The notes beneath the pieces are model-generated. The model ran no database searches. It saw only the letters and a program-made list of their open reading frames with translations, and was not told the origin of the DNA. This document shows, piece after piece, positions 1 through 11,100 of a stretch of DNA of 64,000 nucleotides (its first letter is position 1; each line of letters begins with the position of its first letter). The stretch lies in contig JBHGNT010000005.1 in assembly GCA_043228905.1 (NCBI GenBank), positions 13,454,001-13,518,000 on the forward strand. The letters are read 5' to 3'. The stretch is from Azolla caroliniana (Eukaryota > Plantae > Polypodiophyta). The translations under genes and the position numbers were made by a program.

Positions 1-120
1 TTTCTCAACTTCCTTGTTGTTGCGGTGTTGGCGCCTCTTCTACTGCCTTCTCTTCCACTTGCCCCTTGGTTGATTCAGCGTATCTGAATCAAACATCCGA
101 ACCAACTCGGCTACCTCCGA

Positions 121-3100
121 TCAATTTTCACTCTCGTCCGAGTTGGCTATCTCCAACTCGTCTTCGGTCTTCTCGCCCTTGACGGCATCATCTCCCCCAT
201 GCTTGGTTGGCTTCGGCTCTTTCTTTCGGCTGTTCCCCTTATGTTCGCTTTTGGACTCTTCCGCGGATCCGCCCTCGGCTTCTTCAGCCGATCCGAAGTC
301 GAATTCGTCATCCGACTCGGTGTCACCGTCTTTTCCGCTCCTTTCCTGCTCCCTTCCGTGGTCATCCGGGACGTCTCTCCCCCTCAAGTTCGGCACGTCG
401 AGGTGACGCAACCCAAGCGCACCCGAGAATTGCCGCAACTTGTCCAGACCAAGAGGCTTGGTGAAAATATTGGCGTGTTGCCGATCCGTCGGAACATACT
501 GAAGTTCGACTTCACCGTAGAGGACATGCTCACGAACGAAATGGTAGTGCACCTCAATGTGCTTAGTCCGGGTGTGGAAGACGGGGTTCTTAGGTAGCTG
601 GATGTTGCTGAGGTTGTCGCTGTAGATTGTCTTTGGATCGGATACCTCCACCTGCAGGTCCTTAAGTAGTCGCTTCAACCATATGGCTTCGCATGTTGCG
701 ACAACCGCTCCTCGGTACTCAGCTTCGGTGCTCGATAGTGCAACTATCGGCTGCTTCTTATTGCTCCATGCTATCGCATCACTCCCAAGAGAGAACGCGT
801 ATCCGGACGTGGATCAGCGATCGACGACATTGCCAGCCCAATTAGCATCGGTGTAGCTGACCAACTACGAGGCTGTACCGGTCCGATATAGCAGTCCCCG
901 GTCGTTAGTGTTGCTTACGTACCGCAGTACGCATTGCGCACACTGAAGGTGCTCCTCGGTAGGTCACGCCATGAACTGACTGACCACCCCGACCGGATAA
1001 CTGAGATCGGGTCGGGTGATTGTCAAGTAGATAAGGCTTCCGACAATTTGTCGGAACCTCGTCAGGTCGCATACCTTTCCGGAATTGCGGCGAAGCTTGA
1101 CGGTTCTATCCAGAGGAGTCGAGACGGACTTACCAGTGGGCCATCCCGAATTTGAAGAGCATACTCAGCACATAATGGCGTTGGTTGATCAATATGCCTT
1201 CGGGGGTACGGATCACATCGATCCTGAGGAAGTAATGAAGATCCCCCAGATCCTTCATGTTGAACGATGCCACAAGTTGGAGCTTCACGCGGTCGATTTC
1301 ACCTAGGTCGGTGCCGGTGATGACCAAGTAATCAACATATAGTAAAATACTGACCAGACCGAGTTGACCTTTCCGGATGAACAGGGAAGAGTTTGATTTT
1401 GATGTTGCATGGCCCATCCGACGCAGTTGCTACGTGATCTTCGCATTCCAAGCACATGGGGCTTGCTTCAGGCTGTAAAGGGACTTCTTCAATCGGCACA
1501 CTACCGACGTGTTCGTTCTGAAGTGAAATCCGGGGGGCTGTACCATGTACACCTGTTCCTCAAGCTCACCTTGCAGGAACGCATTCTTTACATTCATCTG
1601 ATGTAAGTGCCACCCCTTTGCCGCAGCTACCACGAGCAAAACACAGACGATCGTCATCTTCGCGACCGGCACAAATGTCTCATCATAGTCGATACCGTGT
1701 TTTTGTGCGTAGCCTTTTGCCACTAACCGGGCCTTGTATCGGTTGACCGAGCCATCGGTGTTGTACTTGACCTTGTACACCCACCTACATCCGATCAGCT
1801 TCACACCCTTCGATGTGTCAACCAGGTCCCAGGTCTCGTTTTCCACCCATGCGTGCATCTCTTCCTCCATCGCGGTGCGCCAATTCGCGTCCTTAGCCGC
1901 TTCTGTGTAGCTCTCCGGCTCACGCACTTCTGCCACACGGGTCATGTACGCATAATGATGCACCATGTACTCATTGTATCCAAACTGCACAACTAGGTTC
2001 TTCTAGCGCGTTGATCGGCGTAATTGCTCATTGGCCGAAGTGGAGGCTTTCAACGTGGACTTCGCTCTCGAAGACCCGTCATTGCTTCCCTCGAAGACCC
2101 GTCGATCCGACTCGTTCCTATCCGTGCCATAATCTGACACCTTTTTCTTCCCTTTTTCCTTGTGTGTAAGCCGTCTCCTCGGCTTCTTGCGTGGGGAATG
2201 CATGGCCGAGTCTCCAGTACTCACCGGCTCTTCATCGAACTGGTCGAACCGACTCAGTCGTCCATTCAGTCCACTTAACTGAAACGAAATCGGACTCTCT
2301 TCGCGGGTCCCGATTTCAGGCTCATCTGGAGGCATCTCGGCCTCGCTGACCTCATCATCAGAACTCGGATTGGAGGTGAGGTCCGGAGTCGAAGGCAAGT
2401 ACCAGGACGCAGACTCGTCAAACACAACGTCGCAGCTCACGCGCGCTTGTTTGGTGTGTGGGTTATAACACTTATAACCCTTCTGCTCGTCCGAGTAGCC
2501 GACCAAGATACACTTCTCGGCTTTTGCGTCCAACTTCCTCCGTTTCTCTTTCGGTACATGCACATACGCAATGCTGCTGAAAACTCTCAAGTGTCGTAGA
2601 TTCGGCTTCCTTCCGAAGTAGTGCTCATGCGCCGACACTTTGTCTCCGATCCGATTCTGGATGTATACCGCGGTCCTTACCGCCTCGGCCCAGTAGAACT
2701 TGGGCAAGCTCTTCTCCTCCAGCATTGCCCGCGCCGCTTCTACAATTGACCGGTTCCTCCTCTCGGCCACGCCATTTTGCTTCGGTGTGTATCTACAACT
2801 AAATTCACGCCGAATTCCCATCTATTGTAGATACCCGTTGAATTGACCGAAAAGTACTCTTTTCCGCCATTCAACCGCAAGCACTTGATCTTTCGTCCTG
2901 TTTCCGTTTCCTCAAACCCTTTGAGGTCCTAGAAACAGTCGAAGACTTCACTCTTCTTCTCGATGAGGTAGATCCACATGTGTCGCGTATAGTCGTCGAT
3001 GAAAGAGACGAAATATCGACTCTCGCCAAGACTAACGTTCTATGCCGGCCCCCATACATCGGAATGTATCAAGTCAAGCTTGTTCCGGCTCCGGTTATGC

Positions 3101-5011
3101 TCGTTGGGGAAAGGAAGTTGGTTTTGCTTCCAAGTTGGCAGGCTTCACAAATTTGTGCCTTCCGGCCACTAAACTTGGGCAATCCGAACACCACTTGTTT
3201 CGATTGCAGGTCTTGAAGCCGCTGGTAGTTGACGTGGCCTATCCGCTTGTGCCATAAGTCGATGTTCGACTTGACTTTTTGTCCCTTCGGGAACATTGCG
3301 GTGCCACCGTCAGTAGAGTCGAGGATGAATATCCTCCCATCTCTGCGCCCTTGCGCAATAACTCGGCCTTCTTCCTCGATGAAGCACCCAAGATGCATGA
3401 ACAGAACTTGTATCCCCTAGTCAATGATCTGCCCAACCAACACTAGATTCTTCATGATTGTCGGGATATGTAACACGTTCATAAGGTTCCCTTTCTGCCC
3501 GACATGGCTCAAGGGAACTTCATCGACATTCACGATCGGATGCGGAGTGTCGTCTCCGGTTGCAACTCCCGGTTGCGTCGGTTTCTCAAGGTATGAGAAC
3601 CACTCCTTGTGGCACATCATGTGGTTTGACGCGCCGGAGTCGACGTACCACACCTCGTCCGATTTCGGGGTGGACTTCTTCATCGAGTTCGCTTCGTGTC
3701 TCGTCACGAAGGCTGACTTGACCCTTCTCCGGAACCTTCGGCGTAGTGCGATTTCTGCCGACTACCCTTGTCGGTCTGTCCAGAACCTGATCCAGACCCG
3801 GTTCTCTCCGAATCGGCACGCTTTTTCCAGCACTCGCTCTCCCTGTGGCCTTTCTTGCCACAGTACCAGCATTCCACGACGGATTTCCCTTGCCGATTCT
3901 CGTCGCCTCCACTCCCCCTGTTTCCGGAGGGTCCGGAATTGTTGTCCGCATCAATTCGGTGCCTTCTTCCTTGATCTTGTGAGCCGCCTCCATTGTGCAC
4001 TCGCTCTCCCTCCATGTACAACATCTTGTTGTCGGTGTGCGTGCTCGTTGACGCACCCGCGTGGTTCTCCTCTACCAAGAGCATCGACTATAAGTCAAAA
4101 AAGGACGACGTATTCTCCCGGGTACACACAGCAGTTCGGAACGCCCCGAACTTCGACGCCAAACCCCTGAGACAGACCTGGACCATCTCGCTTTCCTCGA
4201 TGTTCACATCGATAGAAGCTAAGGAGTCGCATATGTCCTTGATCTTCAAGGTATAGTCAGCCACCGACAAATCGCGTTGTCGTTGGTTGCTCAACTCCTA
4301 TCGGAGCTGAAGCTTCCTGGCTGTGGTGCTTGCGGCGAAGATCTTCTTCAGATTTTCCCATGCACCCTTCGGTGTTTTTGCATCCCGAACGTAGTGTAAT
4401 AGTTGTTCGCCCACACAAGACGCGAAGGAGTCGCATATGTCCTTGATCTTCGAGGTATAGTCAGCCACTGACAAATCGAGTTGTCATAGGTTGCTCAACT
4501 CCTGTCGAAGCTGAAGCTTCCTGGTTGTGGCGAAGATCTTCTTCAAATTTTCCCACGCACCCTTTGGTGTTTTTGCATCCCAAACGTAGCTTAATAGTTG
4601 TTCGCCCACACCAGATGCGAAGGAGTCACATATGTCCTTGATCTTCGAGGTATAGTCAGCCACTGACAAATCACGTTGTCATAGGTTGCTCAACTCCTGT
4701 CGGAGTTGCTTCCTAGCTGTGGTGCTCGCGGCGAAGATCTTCTTCAGATTTTCCCACGCACCCTTCGGCGTTTTTGCATCCCGAACGTAGCTTAATAATT
4801 GTTCGCCCACACAAGACGCGAAGCAGTACAGTACTCACCTCGCCGACTATTCCCACACCGTGAAATCTTTGTGTGTCGTTTCGGGTGTTGTGTCATTTGC
4901 TCCATCGACATAGCTCCAGTAACTGTGCCCAAGCAGGTACTGGTGCATCTTGTACGACCAAGATGCGTAGTTGTTTCTGTCGAGCTTCTCATTCGGAAGC
5001 GAGCTAGCCAT
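121..5011 (-). pseudogene. disrupted copia gag-pol polyprotein
   Basis: Split over ORFs 4088-4294, 3704-4084, 3417-3707, 3069-3398, 2003-2821, 1430-1990, 1130-1417 and 121-678. Confidence 0.9.
4221..4823. repeat. tandem triplication of ~200-bp gag segment
   Basis: Unit starting AAGGAGTC(G/A)CATATGTCCTTGATCTTC recurs at 4221, 4425 and 4620. Confidence 0.9.
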
Positions 5012-5108
5012 GCCTCTATCCATCGGTTTTACCTGTTCTTCTCGGTTGGTTTTTTCTTTTCAAGCTATGTCGGTTGCAGAGGTTCTCAACCCTCGCGATC
5101 TGATACCA

Positions 5109-5531
5109 TGTGAAAGATTATATGCGGAAGCAATAGAAAAACGAACACAGAGAAAATACGCAGGTTTAATGGAGAGCTTGAATATACACAATACGCAGGA
5201 GAGATAGAGAGAGAACACACAGAACTCAATTCAAAATAATACTCAATCTGTACATAGGATGTGCTCAGTGAGCACTTTTATACAAGCCCTGACAATCGGG
5301 CTGACACAAGTATTGACAGTACTTGACTACTCATAAATGAGCCTCGACACTCACTCCCAAAATTATTCATTATGAGGAATATCTCTCTAACGGCCTTTCG
5401 GTTTACGCACCGATACAGCCATGTTATGCGTATCGATTTATGCATCGTTCTGGCCTAACCAATCAGTCCCAACCGATTCGGTTCTTGGCTTGCACAGCCG
5501 ATTCGGCCAATGTTGAGCTTGTATCTCAATA
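5109..5531 (-). repeat. 5' LTR of copia A
   Basis: Abuts the iMet PBS; start (TATTGAGATACAAGCTCAACATTGG on -) resembles the LTR start at 13027 (TGTTGACATACAACCTCAACATTGG). Confidence 0.8.
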
Positions 5532-5750
5532 GCTTGAAACAAGCACCAAAGATGTGGTACCAAAAGTTTGACTCCTACATCAGACAACTTGGATATTACC
5601 GATCCGACTCCAACCCATGCATGTATGTTGTATGTTTAGCAACTGGCCAACGAGCCTAAGATTTACCTGATCCTATATGTCGACGACATGCTGATTGCAG
5701 GAAGCAATCAAGCAGAGATCGGAAAGCTGAAGCGGAGCCTCCACGACAAG
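5532..5750 (+). pseudogene. RT fragment of an older Tork/Tnt1-like copia element
   Basis: Encodes LKQAPKMWYQKFDSY...LILYVDDMLIAG; probable continuation at 13412. Confidence 0.75.
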
Positions 5751-6361
5751 ATCGTGAGCTCATGTCGCTACTTTTTGAACCTAGAAGCTGGTGGCCAAGT
5801 AGTTGTGAACTGTTACGGCCGTCCGCCGCGTAAAGTCCCAACTCGCAGCATCATTCGACATGAAGAACCTAGGGGACTTTCATTACTTCCTAGGGATCGA
5901 ATTGATTTGCAACCCCGAAGGCATACTGATCAGCCAACGATATTACGTGTTGAGTATGCTCTTCAAATTTGGGATGGCAGACTGTAAGTCCATCTCAAGT
6001 CCTCTAGACAAAAACGTCAAGCTTTGTCAAGATTCAGGGAAGGCGTGCGACCCAACATGGTTCCTATAGATTATCGGAAGCCTAATTTATTTGCAATCAG
6101 TCGGCCGAATCTTAGTTACCCGTTCGGCTTGATCAGTCAATTTATGTCGCAGCCCACGGCCGAACACCTTCAGTGCATGCAAAGGATATTGCGCTATGTC
6201 TGTGGCACTAAGGATAGGGCACTGCTATATCGGACCGGTATTGCCGCACAGCTCGTCGGTTACTCGAATTCCAATTGGGATCATAGATCCACATCTGGGT
6301 TCACTTGCTCGCTTGGGAGTGTTAGGGTTGCCTGGAGCTGCAAGAAGCAGTCAATAGTTGC

Positions 6362-6651
6362 TGTCATAACTAGACTCGAACCCATAACCTTTTGTTACAC
6401 GGGTCGAGACTTTACCATTAGGTTATAAATTGTAATTTGAAGGATATTATTTTCATTTAGGTTTTATTGGGAAATTGATGTATATTCCAGATTTCTCTGG
6501 AACATTCTAGAAACTTCAGGAGTATTCCTGAAGACACTATAAAAGGAGGCGCAAGGCATTAGTTCGAACCAAATCGGTTCAACGCCAGTCTTAAGCCTTC
6601 TAACTACTGTTGTATATCTTCCTTCATATAATACATATACCTTTCGCATCA

Positions 6652-6697
<46 letters not shown>

Positions 6698-6830
6698 ACC
6701 CATTCCTTCTCTCAAAGTTCGACACCTCTCATAGTACTAATCCTTCTCTGTCTTAGTACTATTCCCCGACAATAGTACTAATCCTTCTTTTAGTACTAAT
6801 TCCTTCTCTGCCTTAATAGAGTTCCTGACA
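6362..6830 (+). repeat. 5' LTR of chromovirus
   Basis: Direct repeat of 11682-12162; TATAAAA at 6538. Confidence 0.97.
6485..6544 (+). promoter_or_regulatory. heat-shock-element array plus TATA box in LTR U3
   Basis: In-register pentamers TTC6485, GAT, CTC, GAA6500, TTC6505, GAA6510, TTC6515, GAG, TTC6525, GAA6530, then TATAAAA 6538. Confidence 0.7.
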
Positions 6831-6832
6831 GT

Positions 6833-6844
6833 TTGAACCGATTT
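6833..6844 (+). other. non-tRNA primer-binding site (self-priming type)
   Basis: TTGAACCGATTT just after the 5' LTR; no TGG start; exact reverse complement of LTR 6571-6582. Confidence 0.85.
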
Positions 6845-6933
6845 TCCTCGGTGCCTGTCTGGTCTTTTCTCTCCCTCTTCCTTCTGTCTCCCTCCTTTCC
6901 TATTAGTCTCTTATTTTCCTTTTCCTTCATCCC

Positions 6934-8105
6934 ATGGCCACCGTTAGCGCTGAAGAGTATCAATCCGTTTTCTCGGAATTTCAATGCTTGAAAGAGAGAA
7001 GTTTCATGCTTTGGAACAAGAAAATCAACGCTTGTTGGGGGATCTTCAGCAAATTTCCTTAGAAAAGCAGCAAACGCAACAACAGCATGGGGAACTTGCG
7101 TTACGCGTGCAACAACTCGAAGCAACCATCGTAGCAATGCAACAACAAGGGCACGGAGCACAAGGGATTCATAAAGAACCCAAGATTGGCCTTCCCACGA
7201 AGTTTGATGGAACGCGATCGCAGTTTAGAGGGTTTCTTAACCAGGTACGGTTAGTTATTCAAATGCATCCGTCCCGATATCCCACCGATGCATCACGAGT
7301 GGGTTTAGTAGGCACGTTGTTAAATGGCTCAGCATTAGCATGGTTCGCTCCGCTACTAGAAAAGGAATCTCCAGTACTAAATAATTTTGAAGAATTCATA
7401 AATGAGTTTAAAGCATGTTTTGGAGATACTGACAGCATAAGGACTGCAATCAACAAAATCCGGCGATTACGCCAAGGTGACCGTCCAGCCTCCGCATATG
7501 CTGCAGATTTCCGCCTACTCGCCGCCGATATCCCCTGGGATGATCAAGCATTGATGGAGCAGTTCCGCTATGGTCTACGCAACGATGTCAAGGATTTACT
7601 CTTGACTTTCCCTGAAGAGCCAAAATCATTAACAGAAGCAATCAGTCGAGCGGTCAGATGTGACAACCGCCTCTTCGAGCGACGTTCGGAACGACAATTT
7701 CAGATGCCGAGGGCAAGATCCGAGCCTACCTATGCCTCAGTGGTAGCAAAACCTTTTCAAAGGGAGTCACATAATGCGCCTCCAGTAAGTACTCCAACTC
7801 CAATGGAAATTGACACTACACGTCGTCGTGGGCCGCTATCGGAGGAGGAAAAGCAACGACGCCGAACAAACCGATTATGCCTTTATTGCGGTGGACCAGG
7901 GCATATCGCGATAAACTGTCCCCATAGACCAAGAAGGCAGGTAAACCAAGTCGTTGTTAGTTCTGACTATACTAAACCCGAGTCTATTTCAGTAGGAATC
8001 TCTGATAGTCCTCATAGTCATAATAGTCCTAATAGTACTAATAGTCCGAATCTCGCAAACAAATTTGATGTCCTTAGCCAATTAGAAGAAGAGTTAAACG
8101 ACTAA
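6934..8105 (+). CDS. gag: chromovirus Gag (coiled-coil, retrotrans_gag, CCHC knuckle); 2-bp frameshift near the N-terminus
   Basis: ATG 6934 MATVSAEEY matches the copy at 61798; extra AG at ~6991-6999; ORF 6984-8105 carries CLYCGGPGHIAINC. Confidence 0.9.
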
Positions 8106-8145
8106 GTCCAGCCAAAATAGGAGCCGTTTGGTTGGACAGCCCTAG
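8093..8145 (+). promoter_or_regulatory. -1 programmed ribosomal frameshift signal
   Basis: G TTA AAC in the gag frame, 6-nt spacer, stem GTCCAGCCAAA/TTTGGTTGGAC; the -1 (pol) frame is open from 8078. Confidence 0.75.
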
Positions 8146-11100
8146 ATCTGTGCAGCCCATTAGTGGTTCCATTCCCTCTAAGCAAGTTAGTGATGTGTTC
8201 GTAGCCCAAGTAGCAGTTAGTACTAAAAGTACCCCTCCAGTACATACCTTAGCCCTTCTAGATTCCGGAGCTAATTCTTGCTTCATGGATAGGAATTTTG
8301 CCCGAGCTCATCAGATATCTCTCAGAAAGCTCCCATGTCCAGCCTCAGTAGTAGTCATTGATGGTCGTCCCATTGCTTCTGGTAATATCATAGAAGAGTC
8401 GGAACCCGTTAATATTGTCCTAGATAACTTAACATGTGTAGTATCATTTAATATTATTAGTATTCCAGAACATCCCATAGTTTTAGGATTACCATGGTTC
8501 GAGTTACATAACCCAGACATAGATTGGAGGACAAGGGAAATCCGGTTGCGACAAACCCAAGGATCTACCCAGAAGGTTGCAACCATTTCGCTACGTCAGT
8601 TGCGTGAGGAAGGGCGCAAGGAGGAAATGTTTCTCTTCGCAATATCAGTACAACCCTCCAGTACCACCAAAGAGGAGTCCACCGTTCAACTTCCCGAGAA
8701 GTATCGTCAGTATGCTGATGTGTTCGATAAAGTACAAGCCAACACACTTCCTCATCATCGGCCGTACGATTGCGCCATCGACTTACAACCGGGAAAAGAG
8801 CCGCCATGGGGGCCGATCTACAATTTGTCACCAACCGAGCTAGAAGTCCTTCGAGCCTATATAGAGGAGAATTTGGAGAACGGTTTCATTCGGCATTCGA
8901 AATCTCCAGCCGGCGCACCCATTTTCTTCGTCAAGAAAAAAGATGGCTCGCTTCGACTCGTTGTAGATTACCGTGGCTTGAATAAGGTCACAGTAAGAAA
9001 TAGGTATGCTCTTCCCCTTATCTCAAGTCTTTTAGAACGGATCAACGGTGCCAGGTTCTTCACGAAGATCGACTTACGAGGAGCCTATAACCTCGTACGG
9101 ATCCGACCAGGAGATGAATGGAAGACCGCGTTTCGCACCAGATATGGGCACTTCGAGTATACGGTCATGCCGTTCGGACTCACTAATGCGCCGGCAGTCT
9201 TCCAGCACATGGCGAATGATATATTTCGAGATCTCTTGGATGATTTTTTGATCATCTATTTGGATGATCTACTGGTTTATTCAAAGACCCAAGAAGAACA
9301 TGATTCTCATGTACTATTAGTACTAAAACGACTTCGAGAACATGGTCTGTATGCAAAGTTAGAGAAATGTAGTTTCGGGTGCAACCAAGTGGAGTTTCTC
9401 GGCTATGTCATCTCCTCAGAAGGCATATCTATGGACCCAGCCAAGGTCAAAACGGTGATAGAATGGCACACTCCGCGTTCGGTGCGGGATGTGCAATGCT
9501 TCCTAGGCTTTGCAAATTTTTACCGGAAGTTCATACAAAATTACTCAAAAATTGTGCTGCCTCTCACACAGCTCACCAGGAAGGGACAATCATTCCTTTG
9601 GTCTAAAGAGACGGACATGGCTTTCGAGAGTCTTAAGAAGGCGTTTACATCAGCTCCAATTTTAGGTCATGTGGATCCGGAAAAACCATTCATTATCGAA
9701 GCTGACGCATCGGATTTCGCATTGGGGAGCATTTTGTCACAACAGGGTAACGACGAGAAGCTACATCCTGTGGCTTTCCACTCCCGTAAGTTTGACGCCG
9801 CCGAAATCAACTACGAAATTCATGATAAAGAGCTATTAGCAATAGTTGATTCTTTTATGCAATGGAGGCATTTCCTAGAGGGATCTCCTCATCAGGTCAC
9901 TGTATTCAGTGACCACAAGAACCTTGCCTACTTTCAAGATGCTCGTGTACTGAATCGACGTCAAGCTCGGTGGGCCCACTTCCTCACACGCTTCGACTTC
10001 AAAATTACATATCGTCCGGGGAAGCACCAAGGGAAGGCAGATGCATTATCACGGCGTTCGTATCTAACACCACGTCCCGGTGAGCCAGCTTTCGATAACC
10101 AGAAGCAAGTAATCTTGGGTCCAGCACGACTGCAAGCAGCACAGGTCTTTGACATGCCCGTGGATTCCGACATTACCAATACTATACGTGAGGACTTGAA
10201 GACTGACGCTTTCGCCCAAGCTATACTAGCACAAATTGACCCCTCTCGAGCGTCATGTTCACAATCACAATCACCAGGTACGGATTATCGGCAATTCAAA
10301 TACTGTGATGGATTACTCTTCTTTAAAGAACTTTTGTATGTTCCTAATGGTTCTTGCCGCCTTCGAGTAGTACAAAACTGCCATGACACATATACAACAG
10401 GACATTTTGGTAGTACTAAAACATTAGATTTAGTACAACGATCATTCTGGTGGCCCCGTATGCGACAATTTGTCGAAGATTTTGTTCGGACTTGCGATAC
10501 ATGCTGCAGAGCGAAAATGCCAAGACATCATCCATATGGTTTATTAGAACCATTACCAATTCCAAGCAAGCCATGGCAATCCATTGCTCTTGACTTCATT
10601 ACAGATCTTCCAGTCTCTAAGGGATTCAGTGCGATTCTCACAGTGGTGGATCGATATACAAAGATGGCTCATTTCTTACCATGTACTAAAGAAATATCTA
10701 GTGAAGACACCGCCGAAATTGTCATGCGGGAAGTATGTCGGCATCATGGACTCCCTGATAATATCATCAGCGATCGTGGACCTCAGTTTGTGTCAAAATT
10801 CTGGAAGCACCTTTTTAAAATGCTGAAGGTCACTTGTCACCTCTCCTCCGGCTACCACCCACAAACCGACGGTCAAGCTGAACGAACAAATCAAACACTG
10901 GAGCAGTATCTGCGGTGCTTTCTCAACTATCATCAGAATGACTGGGCAGATATTCTTCAGTTCGCCGAATTTGCCTATAATAACGCTATCCACGCATCGA
11001 CTAAAGTCACGCCATTCTACGCTTATACAGGATATCATCCCCGGTGGTGTGTCCTTGAAACCCCAGAAGTGTCCACAAATCCTTGCGCGGAGGATCGTTT

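Larger units (their letters stand above)
1..5531 (-). mobile_element. Ty1/copia LTR retrotransposon A (degenerate; 3' LTR outside window)
   Basis: Copia domain order on -: gag (ATG 5011, MASSLPNEKLDRNNY), zinc knuckle CWYCGKKGHRESEC, protease WYVDSGAS, integrase (PKQNGVAERRNR), RT (YKARLVAKG), RNase H (KHIEVHYHFVRE). Many stops and frameshifts. PBS TGGTATCAGATC at 5108-5097; LTR 5531-5109. Confidence 0.95.

Noticed and set aside
6480-6487. P1BS match GTATATTC in the chromovirus LTR as a TE-donated Pi element
   Set aside because: Overlaps the HSE array, is mutated in the copy nearest PHT1, and the degenerate 8-mer is common by chance
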